A DNA stretch of 54,403 nucleotides from NCBI GenBank assembly GCA_039929105.1, contig JBDSRX010000016.1, positions 1-54,403 of the forward strand. Reading direction: 5' to 3'. Position numbers and translations under genes: made by a program. Shown here piece after piece: positions 38,027 through 46,618 of this stretch. This DNA comes from Candidatus Dojkabacteria bacterium. Lineage in GTDB: Bacteria > Patescibacteriota > Dojkabacteria > J137. The notes below the pieces were generated by a model that was not told the DNA's origin, did no database searches, and saw nothing but the letters and a program-made list of their open reading frames with translations. Position 1 is the first letter of the stretch, and each line of letters opens with the position of its first letter.

Positions 38027-38473
38027 ATGCAAAATCAACAACCAGATAGTACGGACGACTTAGTTTCTGAAACTCCTCAAACTCATTTAGAAGCTACAAA
38101 AGAAATAGAACCAATAATCCTTCATGAAATTACAACACGAATAATGCAGACTTTAAAACTGTACTACGAGCCACTAGAAGATAAAAGAGGATTATCTAAA
38201 ACTTCAATGGAAAGAGGGTCGTTTGTTGCAGACAAACACAATATTACAGATTCTAATATATCAACTATCCTTTCTGGACTATGGATCCCATCGGTATTCA
38301 CTCATAAGGAGATGTTTACTAAAATGACTGCTAAAAAAGGTATAGAACCCTGTTATAAGATTAAAGCATTAAAAGAAACTGTTGTTTTTACTAGAAGTGA
38401 ATTGGGTAGACTTATTGTTGATCAGCTAATGGAAGCTTTTCCTGGACTAAAAGTTAATATAAAAGAGGGATAA
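38027..38473 (+). CDS. Hypothetical protein, 148 aa
   Basis: ORF; ATG at 38027 chosen because the track's TTG start at 37970 lies upstream of the predicted promoter. Confidence 0.45.
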   Translation: MQNQQPDSTDDLVSETPQTHLEATKEIEPIILHEITTRIMQTLKLYYEPLEDKRGLSKTSMERGSFVADKHNITDSNISTILSGLWIPSVFTHKEMFTKMTAKKGIEPCYKIKALKETVVFTRSELGRLIVDQLMEAFPGLKVNIKEG

Positions 38474-38499
38474 GCAAGTAGCTTTAACTCAACAACAAT

Positions 38500-39240
38500 A
38501 TGGACGATATATTGGGCCCAAAAGAGGCGAATAATAGATTAAGAGAACAAATGTACGAAATGATGGTTGGAGAGGACTCACCAATGTTTTTTGGAATCCT
38601 TAACCCAGGGCTTTTCTTAACAAATATTAGTCTTAGGGAGAAAATTCTTCTTCATACATTAATGGACGAGAAAAGAAGAAGACCCTTAAGCTTTTCTATA
38701 ATTATTTCTAACGAAACTCTATCTAATATATCTGACAAAAAATTTCCTCCAATACCTAAAGAAATAGTTCCTATTCTTGTTAAACATGGGATGAAGAATC
38801 CATTTAGTTCTGTAGACAAAGAGTTTGTCTGGTCTTTCTTAATAAAGATTTTAGACAAATCAACAATTGTAGTTAATATTGAAAAAGAGTGCGAGGATGA
38901 GGCAGGCAGACAAGAATTAGCAAGGAAAAAGGTAGCTTATCATATTATAAAGTCTATGATCAAATCTTTAAATTTAAAGAAGGATAATTATAAAGACCAG
39001 AAAGTTTTGAGATTAGATAATAGTATTATTTATCAATCTACAATATTAAACTTTAGAAAGACTGGAGAAGTACCTGATTTTTTTGGATTATTATTTTCAA
39101 GTATAGATAAGAGGGATGAAGAGACATTCTTTACTATAGAACCAATGTCAGATGCGCTTTTTATGCAAGCAGACATTGTTAATATTATAGAGAAAGTCTT
39201 TATGGAAGTTTTCCCCGATTTTGTAAATAAAGAGGCTTAA
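38500..39240 (+). CDS. Hypothetical protein, 246 aa
   Basis: ORF 26 nt after the previous one; no motif recognised. Confidence 0.5.
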   Translation: MDDILGPKEANNRLREQMYEMMVGEDSPMFFGILNPGLFLTNISLREKILLHTLMDEKRRRPLSFSIIISNETLSNISDKKFPPIPKEIVPILVKHGMKNPFSSVDKEFVWSFLIKILDKSTIVVNIEKECEDEAGRQELARKKVAYHIIKSMIKSLNLKKDNYKDQKVLRLDNSIIYQSTILNFRKTGEVPDFFGLLFSSIDKRDEETFFTIEPMSDALFMQADIVNIIEKVFMEVFPDFVNKEA

Positions 39241-40823
39241 ATCTTTTCAATCTTGTAAGCTACAATCTCGTCTCCTTCTTGTAAGTTCTCAACTTTAGGT
39301 TCTAAAACAATTCCACACTCAGATCCTTTCTTAACTTCTTTTACTTCTTCTTTTCTAATTTTTAAAGATGAAATCTTTCCTCTTCCAATCTCTTCGTTAC
39401 CTCTATTTGTTTTTCTTTCAACCCAAACTCTATAACCCCTTAATAAAAGTCCTTTAATAACTTCAGAACCAGCAACAATATCTCCATTTGTAAGTGTAAA
39501 TATTTGTTTAATTTTTGCTCTAGCTACTTCAACTTCTTCTTCAATTGGTTCTCCCATTCCACTTAATACTTCTTCAACTTCATCGAACATTTCATATATA
39601 ACTTCGTAGTTTCTAACCAAAACTCTTTCAACTCTCGCCATAGATTCAATCTTGCTCGGAGTTGGTAATTGGAAAGTAACAACAATAGCTTTTGCTAATT
39701 TTGCTCTGCTTAATTCGTCCTCAGTAAGATTTCCAGTTCCAGAGAATAAAATACTTACTTTAGCTTCTTCTGTACTAATTTTAGAAAGCTTATCTATAAT
39801 AGCTTCTAGAGTACCTTGAGTAGAAGATTTAACCACAACGTTCAAACTTTTTTGTTCTAAACCTTGCTTAGCTTCTTCTCTTTTAATAAGCATTTGTGCA
39901 AATAAAGACTCAGCATCTAATTTTTCTTCAACTGGTTGTGCATCAAATGCAGTAACTTGATCTGCTTTAATAGACTTTAGTAAATCATCAGCCTTCTTCT
40001 CATCATCATAAAAGAACATAGAATCTCCAGAATGAAGAGTTCCTTTTAGTCCAGTAATCCAGAATGGTTCAGATTCTGTTACAGTTTGAACACCTTTTTG
40101 ATTTTCATCTAAGTAAGCTCTAACTTTAAATACGCCCTCTTTTGTTACTCCAAAGTATCTTCCAGTAATATTTCCATGTTCCAAAACTGCTAATGCAACA
40201 TTTCCAATTTGTTTGTCTAAACTAGACTCTAAAATGAAAGCCTCTGCAATTGCATCGTGTCTTGGAGTCACAGATTTTAATTCGTTAATTTCACTTAGTA
40301 ATTCAATACCTTCTAAAAGTTCATCAAGACCAGTTTTATTCTTCGCAGAAATCTCAAAACACATTGTTTCTCCTCCGTATTCTTCGATGTTTACACCAAA
40401 GCTTGCAAGTTCTGTTTTAATTTTTTGAGTTTTAATTCCAGAAATATCTACTTTATTAATAGCAACAATAATTGGAACTCCATCTCTTTTAGCAAATTCA
40501 ATCGATTCTTTTGTTTGAGGTTGTACTCCATCGTCCGCAGCAACAATTAAAAGAACAAAGTCTGTAACTTTTGCTCCTCTTTCTCTCATTTTGCTAAACG
40601 CTTCGTGACCTGGTGTATCTAAGAATGTAATCTTAAAACCTGACTTAGTAACAACTTTATGTGCTCTTGTATTTTGTGTAATTCCACCAGCTTCTTTATC
40701 TGCAACTTTCGTTCCTCTAATTGCGTCTAAGAATGTAGTCTTTCCGTGGTCAACGTGTCCCATTACTGCGACAATCGGTGATCTTACCTTTTTTGCTTCA
40801 ACAACTTTTTTAGCTTTAGCCAT
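39237..40823 (-). CDS. infB: Translation initiation factor IF-2 (short, lacks long N-terminal region)
   Basis: G-domain VAVMGHVDHGKTT, DTPGHEAF, NKVD; 528 aa. Confidence 0.9.
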   Translation of the reverse strand: MAKAKKVVEAKKVRSPIVAVMGHVDHGKTTFLDAIRGTKVADKEAGGITQNTRAHKVVTKSGFKITFLDTPGHEAFSKMRERGAKVTDFVLLIVAADDGVQPQTKESIEFAKRDGVPIIVAINKVDISGIKTQKIKTELASFGVNIEEYGGETMCFEISAKNKTGLDELLEGIELLSEINELKSVTPRHDAIAEAFILESSLDKQIGNVALAVLEHGNITGRYFGVTKEGVFKVRAYLDENQKGVQTVTESEPFWITGLKGTLHSGDSMFFYDDEKKADDLLKSIKADQVTAFDAQPVEEKLDAESLFAQMLIKREEAKQGLEQKSLNVVVKSSTQGTLEAIIDKLSKISTEEAKVSILFSGTGNLTEDELSRAKLAKAIVVTFQLPTPSKIESMARVERVLVRNYEVIYEMFDEVEEVLSGMGEPIEEEVEVARAKIKQIFTLTNGDIVAGSEVIKGLLLRGYRVWVERKTNRGNEEIGRGKISSLKIRKEEVKEVKKGSECGIVLEPKVENLQEGDEIVAYKIEKI

Positions 40824-40913
40824 TTATATTGGAATTTATTAATTTAGGATATTTTATAAGGGAGATTTTACCATAATTATTATTACTATACCACCTACAG
40901 CACTCATGTAGCA

Positions 40914-40941
40914 GTCATTCCGAGTCAGAGTTGCATTCCTC
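40914..40941. repeat. Degenerate hairpin-family element (opposite orientation)
   Basis: gtcattccgagtcagagttgcattcctc; begins like 43656 (gtcattgcgag) and like the 53140 arm (atcatcccgag). Confidence 0.35.
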
Positions 40942-41033
40942 TTAAGGATTGGCAGATAAACAAGTTTACAGTTCACAGTTAACAGAAGAAAGTAATGTAC
41001 ATCTGTAAACTGCTTTCTGTTAACTGTCTTCTC

Positions 41034-41042
41034 TGATAAAAT
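41034..41042 (+). promoter_or_regulatory. Extended -10 box (TGaTAAAAT) 6 nt before the gtrA-like ATG
   Basis: tgataaaat + atcgcg + ATG(41049). Confidence 0.4.
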
Positions 41043-41048
41043 ATCGCG

Positions 41049-41519
41049 ATGAAAGAAAGAATCGCAAATCTAAAAAACAAACTAATAGCTTTAAAATTCA
41101 TTAGATTTTTAATAAGTGGTGGAACTGCATTTCTAATTGATACAGCAATATTAATATCCATAAAAGCAATTATTTTTGGTGGAGTTGATGTTAAGTTACT
41201 TGGAACTATTTCTGTAGCGAAGTTAGTATCCGGAACAGTTGGTATTATATTCATGTTTGTATTGAGTAGAAGTTGGGTTTTTGCTGATGCAAAAGAATCT
41301 AGTATTAAAAAACAAACAGTAAAATATTTACTATATACAGGATTAAATTTAATTTTCGCAAGTATTCTCTACACATTTTTTTCTGTATTATTATCTCAAA
41401 TATTCCCCGAACAAATTATAGTTCACGCAACAATATTTATTGCTTTCTCTAATCTTCTAACAGAAGGAACTAAGATGGTTGTTAGTTTTTTTGCTTACAA
41501 ATATTTGGTATTCCGCTAA
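41049..41519 (+). CDS. GtrA-family membrane protein
   Basis: RFLISGGTAFLIDTAIL N-terminal motif, four TM helices, 156 aa. Confidence 0.8.
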   Translation: MKERIANLKNKLIALKFIRFLISGGTAFLIDTAILISIKAIIFGGVDVKLLGTISVAKLVSGTVGIIFMFVLSRSWVFADAKESSIKKQTVKYLLYTGLNLIFASILYTFFSVLLSQIFPEQIIVHATIFIAFSNLLTEGTKMVVSFFAYKYLVFR

Positions 41520-41524
41520 AATGA

Positions 41525-43648
41525 ATGAGTATGGAGAATGTCAATACTCAACCACAACCAAAAGGATTAGCAGGTAATATAACCGAGAAAGCTCCAGATC
41601 CTTTCGCAGATCAAAATAAAATTTCAGACGAGACTCAAAAATTGATGGATAAAATGGAAGAAAAGGAAACTGGAATAATTAAGCCAGTTGCTGCACCAGT
41701 TGTGAAAGAAGTTCCAAAGAAAGAAACTTTTTTAGAGAGATTGTTAAGCAATGCAGGTTTAGGTACAGCTGCTGTAAAACCTTCTACTCCATCAGGAAAA
41801 ACTGTTACAACTCCAGTTAAATTAAAACCTAAAGTTGATTTCACAAAGTTCACCCGAGGATTTCTAATTGTACTAATTCTATTAGCGGTTTGTTTTGGAG
41901 GATATTTATTTATCTTCTTAACAAATATAGATGCACAATTAGTAAAGATTACATTAAATGGGAAAGTTACAGATACTGTAGATGCTAAAGCATTGGAAGG
42001 TGTAGAAATCTTTATAGATAATACTAGTGTGGGTAAAACTGATAGTAATGGCAACTATTCTATAAAACTTGATAAATTAGCATTTGTTTTTAAAGTAAGT
42101 CTAAAAGACTTTAACGATTTTGAAGAAAATGTAACTATTCCAAGAACAATATTAAGTTACTCCTTTAATAAAAATGTTTCACTAACTTCTTCCAAGGTAG
42201 CTCAAGTAACAGGAAAGTTTATTGCAAATAATCCAAACTATAATTTTAGTAACGATAAGTTATTCTTTAATGATGAAGAATTTATTTTAAAAGCAGATGG
42301 TACTTTCTCTTTAACTAAAGTTCCAACAGGTAATGTTAAATTAACTTTCGAATCTGCAAGTTTTAAAGATATTTCTCAGCAAATTACTTTAAACCCAGGT
42401 ATTAATACAATTAATGACATTAAACTGACTGCAGCAGGAGATGCAGTTGGAAGTGTAATTTCTTACATAAGAGAAGACATGGTAACAAAGACGGGGTTCT
42501 CTATTGAGAACGTTCAAGACAATCAAATTACAATAAACGACGAAGGTAAATTTAGAATTAAAGATTTAGATGTTGGAAGAGAATATAAGATTAGATCTAT
42601 GGCAGATGGGTATTTAACAAGAGACTATGCAATTACTATTAAACAAGGTGAGAACGAGGTTTTTGGATTTAAAATGGTAGAGAATGGTCTTGCAACTTAC
42701 ATTGGAACAGACGAAAAGAATCTTCAACATTTTTACTCTACAGATTTGGATGGAGAAAATGTAAAAGAATTGGAAGCAGTTAAAGATTTCAAACCAGCTA
42801 ACGAATATTTCGAATCTAGAGATGGACTTCTCTATTTCTTATCTCAACACGATAGAGTTAAAAACTCATTTAAAACAATTGATGTTGCATATTCTTTAAA
42901 CCCAATTGACTTAACTTTAACAAGACTAACTAATGCTAATTTGGATGCAATAGATTCTTTAACTCCAAACTTTAGAGCAAAGAAACTAATTAGTAATTAT
43001 CAAAATAGAAACGATGCTCAAAAAAGAAGAGTCTTACAATTTATGGATTTATCTGGAGATAATTTAAAAACTGTTAGAACAGTAACTGGAAATGTTAACT
43101 ACGATAATATTAAAATCTCTGGAAATGGAAGATTTGTTTACTTTAGAGAAGGGGAATTACAAAACGATAAAGCAGATACTCCAATTATTTACAGAGCAGA
43201 TTCTCAATCAGACCAAATTGTAAAAGTAGCACAAAGAAAGAAGTCTGTAGTCGAAGCTGTTTCTGAAGATGGAAATTGGGTAGTCTACTCTTCTCTAAAC
43301 GAGACTACAACCTTTAGAGATTTGTTCTTATTTAATTCTTCTACAAACGAAACTAGAACTATTAAAGAAAATCATGATGGAACTCAATATCAATTCTTAA
43401 ACCAAAACCCAGATCAATTAATCTTTAATGCAAAAAGAGATGGAAAGATGGATATTTATTCATACTCAATTTCTCAAAATAGTACTTCAAGAATTTCAAA
43501 CCTAGCAATAGATGATGAGATCCAAAATTTATATCAACAAGAAAAATACGCTTTCTATATTACTAAAAAAGGACTTTATGTAATTGATGTTTTAAAACCT
43601 AAAAGCTTTAAATTGATTACTAATAAGGTTACAAAATTTACAAACTAA
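41525..43648 (+). CDS. Membrane-anchored surface protein with CarboxypepD_reg-like Ig folds and a TolB-like beta-propeller region
   Basis: One TM after a disordered N-terminus; GKVTD...LEGVEIFID..SVGKTDSNGNYSI motif; repeated ...D..G....IY.. strands in the C-terminal half. Confidence 0.55.
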   Translation: MSMENVNTQPQPKGLAGNITEKAPDPFADQNKISDETQKLMDKMEEKETGIIKPVAAPVVKEVPKKETFLERLLSNAGLGTAAVKPSTPSGKTVTTPVKLKPKVDFTKFTRGFLIVLILLAVCFGGYLFIFLTNIDAQLVKITLNGKVTDTVDAKALEGVEIFIDNTSVGKTDSNGNYSIKLDKLAFVFKVSLKDFNDFEENVTIPRTILSYSFNKNVSLTSSKVAQVTGKFIANNPNYNFSNDKLFFNDEEFILKADGTFSLTKVPTGNVKLTFESASFKDISQQITLNPGINTINDIKLTAAGDAVGSVISYIREDMVTKTGFSIENVQDNQITINDEGKFRIKDLDVGREYKIRSMADGYLTRDYAITIKQGENEVFGFKMVENGLATYIGTDEKNLQHFYSTDLDGENVKELEAVKDFKPANEYFESRDGLLYFLSQHDRVKNSFKTIDVAYSLNPIDLTLTRLTNANLDAIDSLTPNFRAKKLISNYQNRNDAQKRRVLQFMDLSGDNLKTVRTVTGNVNYDNIKISGNGRFVYFREGELQNDKADTPIIYRADSQSDQIVKVAQRKKSVVEAVSEDGNWVVYSSLNETTTFRDLFLFNSSTNETRTIKENHDGTQYQFLNQNPDQLIFNAKRDGKMDIYSYSISQNSTSRISNLAIDDEIQNLYQQEKYAFYITKKGLYVIDVLKPKSFKLITNKVTKFTN

Positions 43649-43655
43649 ATTAGGT

Positions 43656-43688
43656 GTCATTGCGAGGAGCGAAGCGACGTGGCAATCC
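43656..43688. repeat. Hairpin-family element directly after the stop of the 707-aa gene
   Basis: gtcattgcgaggagcgaagcgacgtggcaatcc; stem attgc/gcaat; loop shares gagcgaag.cga with the 53140 arm. Confidence 0.55.
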
Positions 43689-43755
43689 CATAAGGTTTCA
43701 AGTTCAGTATTCTCTATTCTTCCTTTTTTGTAACCAAAAAAGTAGCAAAAAAGTT

Positions 43756-43812
43756 CTGAGTAATTAATAAGCCGCACGCCAAGAACCTGGAAGTGCGTCA
43801 TTAATTACTCAG
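43756..43812. repeat. 57-nt extended hairpin (13-bp perfect outer arms, 5-bp GC inner stem)
   Basis: ctgagtaattaat-aagc-cgcac-gccaagaacctggaa-gtgcg-tc-attaattactcag. Confidence 0.8.
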
Positions 43813-43865
43813 ACTCATCCTAAATTCAGCATTGTCTTGTCAGTTATTCATTTCTATATTACAAA

Positions 43866-43874
43866 TGATATAAT
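43866..43874 (+). promoter_or_regulatory. Extended -10 box (TGaTATAAT) 6 nt before the sufS ATG
   Basis: tgatataat + tgctgt + ATG(43881). Confidence 0.45.
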
Positions 43875-43880
43875 TGCTGT

Positions 43881-45074
43881 ATGAATAATATTAAAGACCA
43901 GTTTCCAATTTTCAAAAATAATGCAGATCTAATTTACTTAGATAATGCTTCTACAACTCAAAAACCACAAAGAGTTTTAGATTCACTTATGGATTTTTAT
44001 ACAAAATATAATGCAAATGTTCACAGGGGTTTGTATCCATTAGCGGAAAAGGCTACAGATACATACGAAGCTGCAAGAAAGACAGTCGCAGAATTCATAA
44101 ACTCAGATCCTTTAGAAATTATTTTTACTGGAGGAACAACATCTGGGACAAATGCAATTGCAGATTCACTTTTCAAAAGTTCATTAATTCCAGAAAATCC
44201 AAAAGTTTTACTTTCAGATTTAGAGCATCACTCTAGTATGTTACCTTGGCAACAAGTTCCCGGAGTTCATTTAGAATACCTTCCAGTTTCAGAAAACTTT
44301 GAAATTGATGTAAATAAGATCCAAGATCAAAGTTACGATGTGGTTTCACTATCACATGTTAGTAATGTAACAGGAGCTATACTTCCATTAAGTATTTTAA
44401 AGAAGCTTAGATTAAATAATCCGAATGTCATTATCATCTTAGATTGTGCTCAATCAATTTCTCATCTTCCAATTAATGTTAAACAAATGGGTGCGGATTT
44501 TATTGTATTTAGTGGTCATAAAATTTATGCACCTACTGGAGTTGGTATTATATGGGGAAAAAAAGAGTTATTAGAACGAATGGAACCATTTGATGTTGGA
44601 GGTGGAATGATTAGAACTGTCTCAAGAGAAAAAACAGATTGGGCACCATTACCAGAGAAATTTGAAGCTGGAACACCACCTATCGCAGAGGCGATTGCTT
44701 TAGCAGAAGCGTTGAACTTTGTAAAAGAAATTGGATGGGATATATTAGAATCTCAAGAAGCAGATTTAAGAGAAGAACTTATCAACGAACTATCAAAAAT
44801 TGATAGGGTAAAAATCTACCACCCTACTCTAAAAACTCACGCAATTGGTGTTGTTAGTATTTCAGTTGATACAATCCATCCACACGATATTGCACAATCT
44901 TTGGGAGATAAAAATATTTGTTTAAGAGCAGGTCATCACTGTACTCAAATACTTCATAGAGATGTTTTTAATGTCTCATCTACATTAAGAATCAGTTTTG
45001 GAGTCTATAATTCTTCTCAAGATATTGGTAAATTGATAGAGGAATTAAAGAACTCTATAAAAACTTATTCATAA
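43881..45074 (+). CDS. sufS: Cysteine desulfurase, SufS-like class V aminotransferase
   Basis: LDNASTTQKPQ, SGHKIYAPTGVG (PLP lysine), RAGHHCTQ (catalytic Cys loop). Confidence 0.9.
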   Translation: MNNIKDQFPIFKNNADLIYLDNASTTQKPQRVLDSLMDFYTKYNANVHRGLYPLAEKATDTYEAARKTVAEFINSDPLEIIFTGGTTSGTNAIADSLFKSSLIPENPKVLLSDLEHHSSMLPWQQVPGVHLEYLPVSENFEIDVNKIQDQSYDVVSLSHVSNVTGAILPLSILKKLRLNNPNVIIILDCAQSISHLPINVKQMGADFIVFSGHKIYAPTGVGIIWGKKELLERMEPFDVGGGMIRTVSREKTDWAPLPEKFEAGTPPIAEAIALAEALNFVKEIGWDILESQEADLREELINELSKIDRVKIYHPTLKTHAIGVVSISVDTIHPHDIAQSLGDKNICLRAGHHCTQILHRDVFNVSSTLRISFGVYNSSQDIGKLIEELKNSIKTYS

Positions 45075-45077
45075 AAT

Positions 45078-46610
45078 ATGACCTTTGAGGTTATTAAGAA
45101 ACGACAATCAATCTATATTCTAGTTGTAACTTTAGTTATAGCTAGTTTATCTTTTCTAACTATTCATGGGATTAATAGTAGCATAAATACTTCAATCGAT
45201 AACACTCCAAGTATTAATACTGAAACAGATACAAAAGACACTCATATATTAAGAGAAGGTATAATAGATAAACCAGAATTATTAAATGTCGCAAGTGTTT
45301 CAGCTAACTCTGAACAACCATTAACTGCAGCTGGAGATGCATTTTGCAAAATCGCTGGTTGTAATAAAGAACTCTGTATTCCAGTAGGAGATAATGAAAC
45401 AGTTTCTTCTTGTAAGAATACAGAAGCAAACAAATGCTATGTAGGAGGAGATTGTAGAATCCAATCTGGAGGAAAATGCGGTTGGTCTGTTAATGCTACT
45501 GTTAATAGATGTCTTGCAGACTCAAATTTTGCGACTCAGGATATAAGAGTTCTTCAAATAAATTACATAACAGATCCTAACGATATACCTTACAATCCAA
45601 ATAGCCTAGGAGTGCAGCTTGGAAATATTATAAAGGATTCATCGACATTTCATAAATATAAAGATACTCTATCTAAAGCTGCAGTTAATGTAAAAATTGT
45701 AGATACAATAAATGTAGACGGTGGTCGAGAAAATGTTGAAAATTATTGGTATGGACAATATTACAAAATGATTCAGGAGTTTAATATCTGCCAAAGAGTT
45801 AAAGATGAAAAAATAGATCAAATATGGATGTGGGTAGACCCTAGAGACCCTTCTCAATCACCAGGTTTGGAATATGTAATATCAAGTAAATTTTTCTTAA
45901 AAAATAATAATGATGCAGGTTCGGCCAAACCTCCATTCTGCGAAGGAGATATCAGCTTCGCAATAATGGGTTTTGATTATACAAGACCAGTAGATAGTGC
46001 ACTCCATAGCTTTGGCCATTATATGGAATCAATCTTAAATACAACAATGAATCCAGATCTATTTGGTAAGTATGAAGGAAATTTTAACGTAGGTATTCAA
46101 GGAAGATATCAATGTGGAAATGTTCATTTTCCTCCTAATGGAACTTCAGACTACGACTATGCAAATAGTAATACAAAACCAACCTATTGCGAAAATTGGG
46201 ATCCAAACCTAGATCAAAATTCAGCTATTCTACAAAGTTATAACTGTAATAGATGGGGTTGTAGCCAACAAGGGTATATGACATGGTGGTTACAAAATAT
46301 GCCTGGATTTAATAGCCCACTTATTTATCAAGGAAGAAAGATACCCTCTTGGTGGGATTTTACAGTAGGCTTTGATGCTAAAGTGAGAAAATATATGGCT
46401 GATCCCACAGTTTATATAGATAATTACACATTGGGAATTAACGATGTGGATTTAAGTAACGACTGCAGCTGTTCTGGATTTGATGAAAATAACCAAGCAA
46501 TAACAGTAAACACTTGTTGGCAAAATATAAAAAGGCCAGGGGGTGTTCAATGTCAGCAATGTACAAAGGACACTTTCTACCAAGTTCCAAATTTCTTCTG
46601 CGATCCTTAA
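45078..46610 (+). CDS. Hypothetical secreted/anchored Cys-rich protein, 510 aa
   Basis: N-terminal TM or signal anchor; Cys-rich module CKIAGCNKELC...CKNTEANKCYVGGDCRIQSGGKCGW; HSFGHYME and CGNVHFPPN motifs; Cys-rich C-terminus. Confidence 0.55.
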   Translation: MTFEVIKKRQSIYILVVTLVIASLSFLTIHGINSSINTSIDNTPSINTETDTKDTHILREGIIDKPELLNVASVSANSEQPLTAAGDAFCKIAGCNKELCIPVGDNETVSSCKNTEANKCYVGGDCRIQSGGKCGWSVNATVNRCLADSNFATQDIRVLQINYITDPNDIPYNPNSLGVQLGNIIKDSSTFHKYKDTLSKAAVNVKIVDTINVDGGRENVENYWYGQYYKMIQEFNICQRVKDEKIDQIWMWVDPRDPSQSPGLEYVISSKFFLKNNNDAGSAKPPFCEGDISFAIMGFDYTRPVDSALHSFGHYMESILNTTMNPDLFGKYEGNFNVGIQGRYQCGNVHFPPNGTSDYDYANSNTKPTYCENWDPNLDQNSAILQSYNCNRWGCSQQGYMTWWLQNMPGFNSPLIYQGRKIPSWWDFTVGFDAKVRKYMADPTVYIDNYTLGINDVDLSNDCSCSGFDENNQAITVNTCWQNIKRPGGVQCQQCTKDTFYQVPNFFCDP

Positions 46611-46618
46611 TTCTTCAA

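Noticed and set aside
43592-43801. ORFs that translate repeat or hairpin DNA: 33369-33632, 40979-41254, 43592-43801, 53059-53241
   Set aside because: They run through palindromes and hairpin elements (for example HVASLLAMT and HPERSRGIT) or overlap real genes. They are typical artefacts of these repeats.
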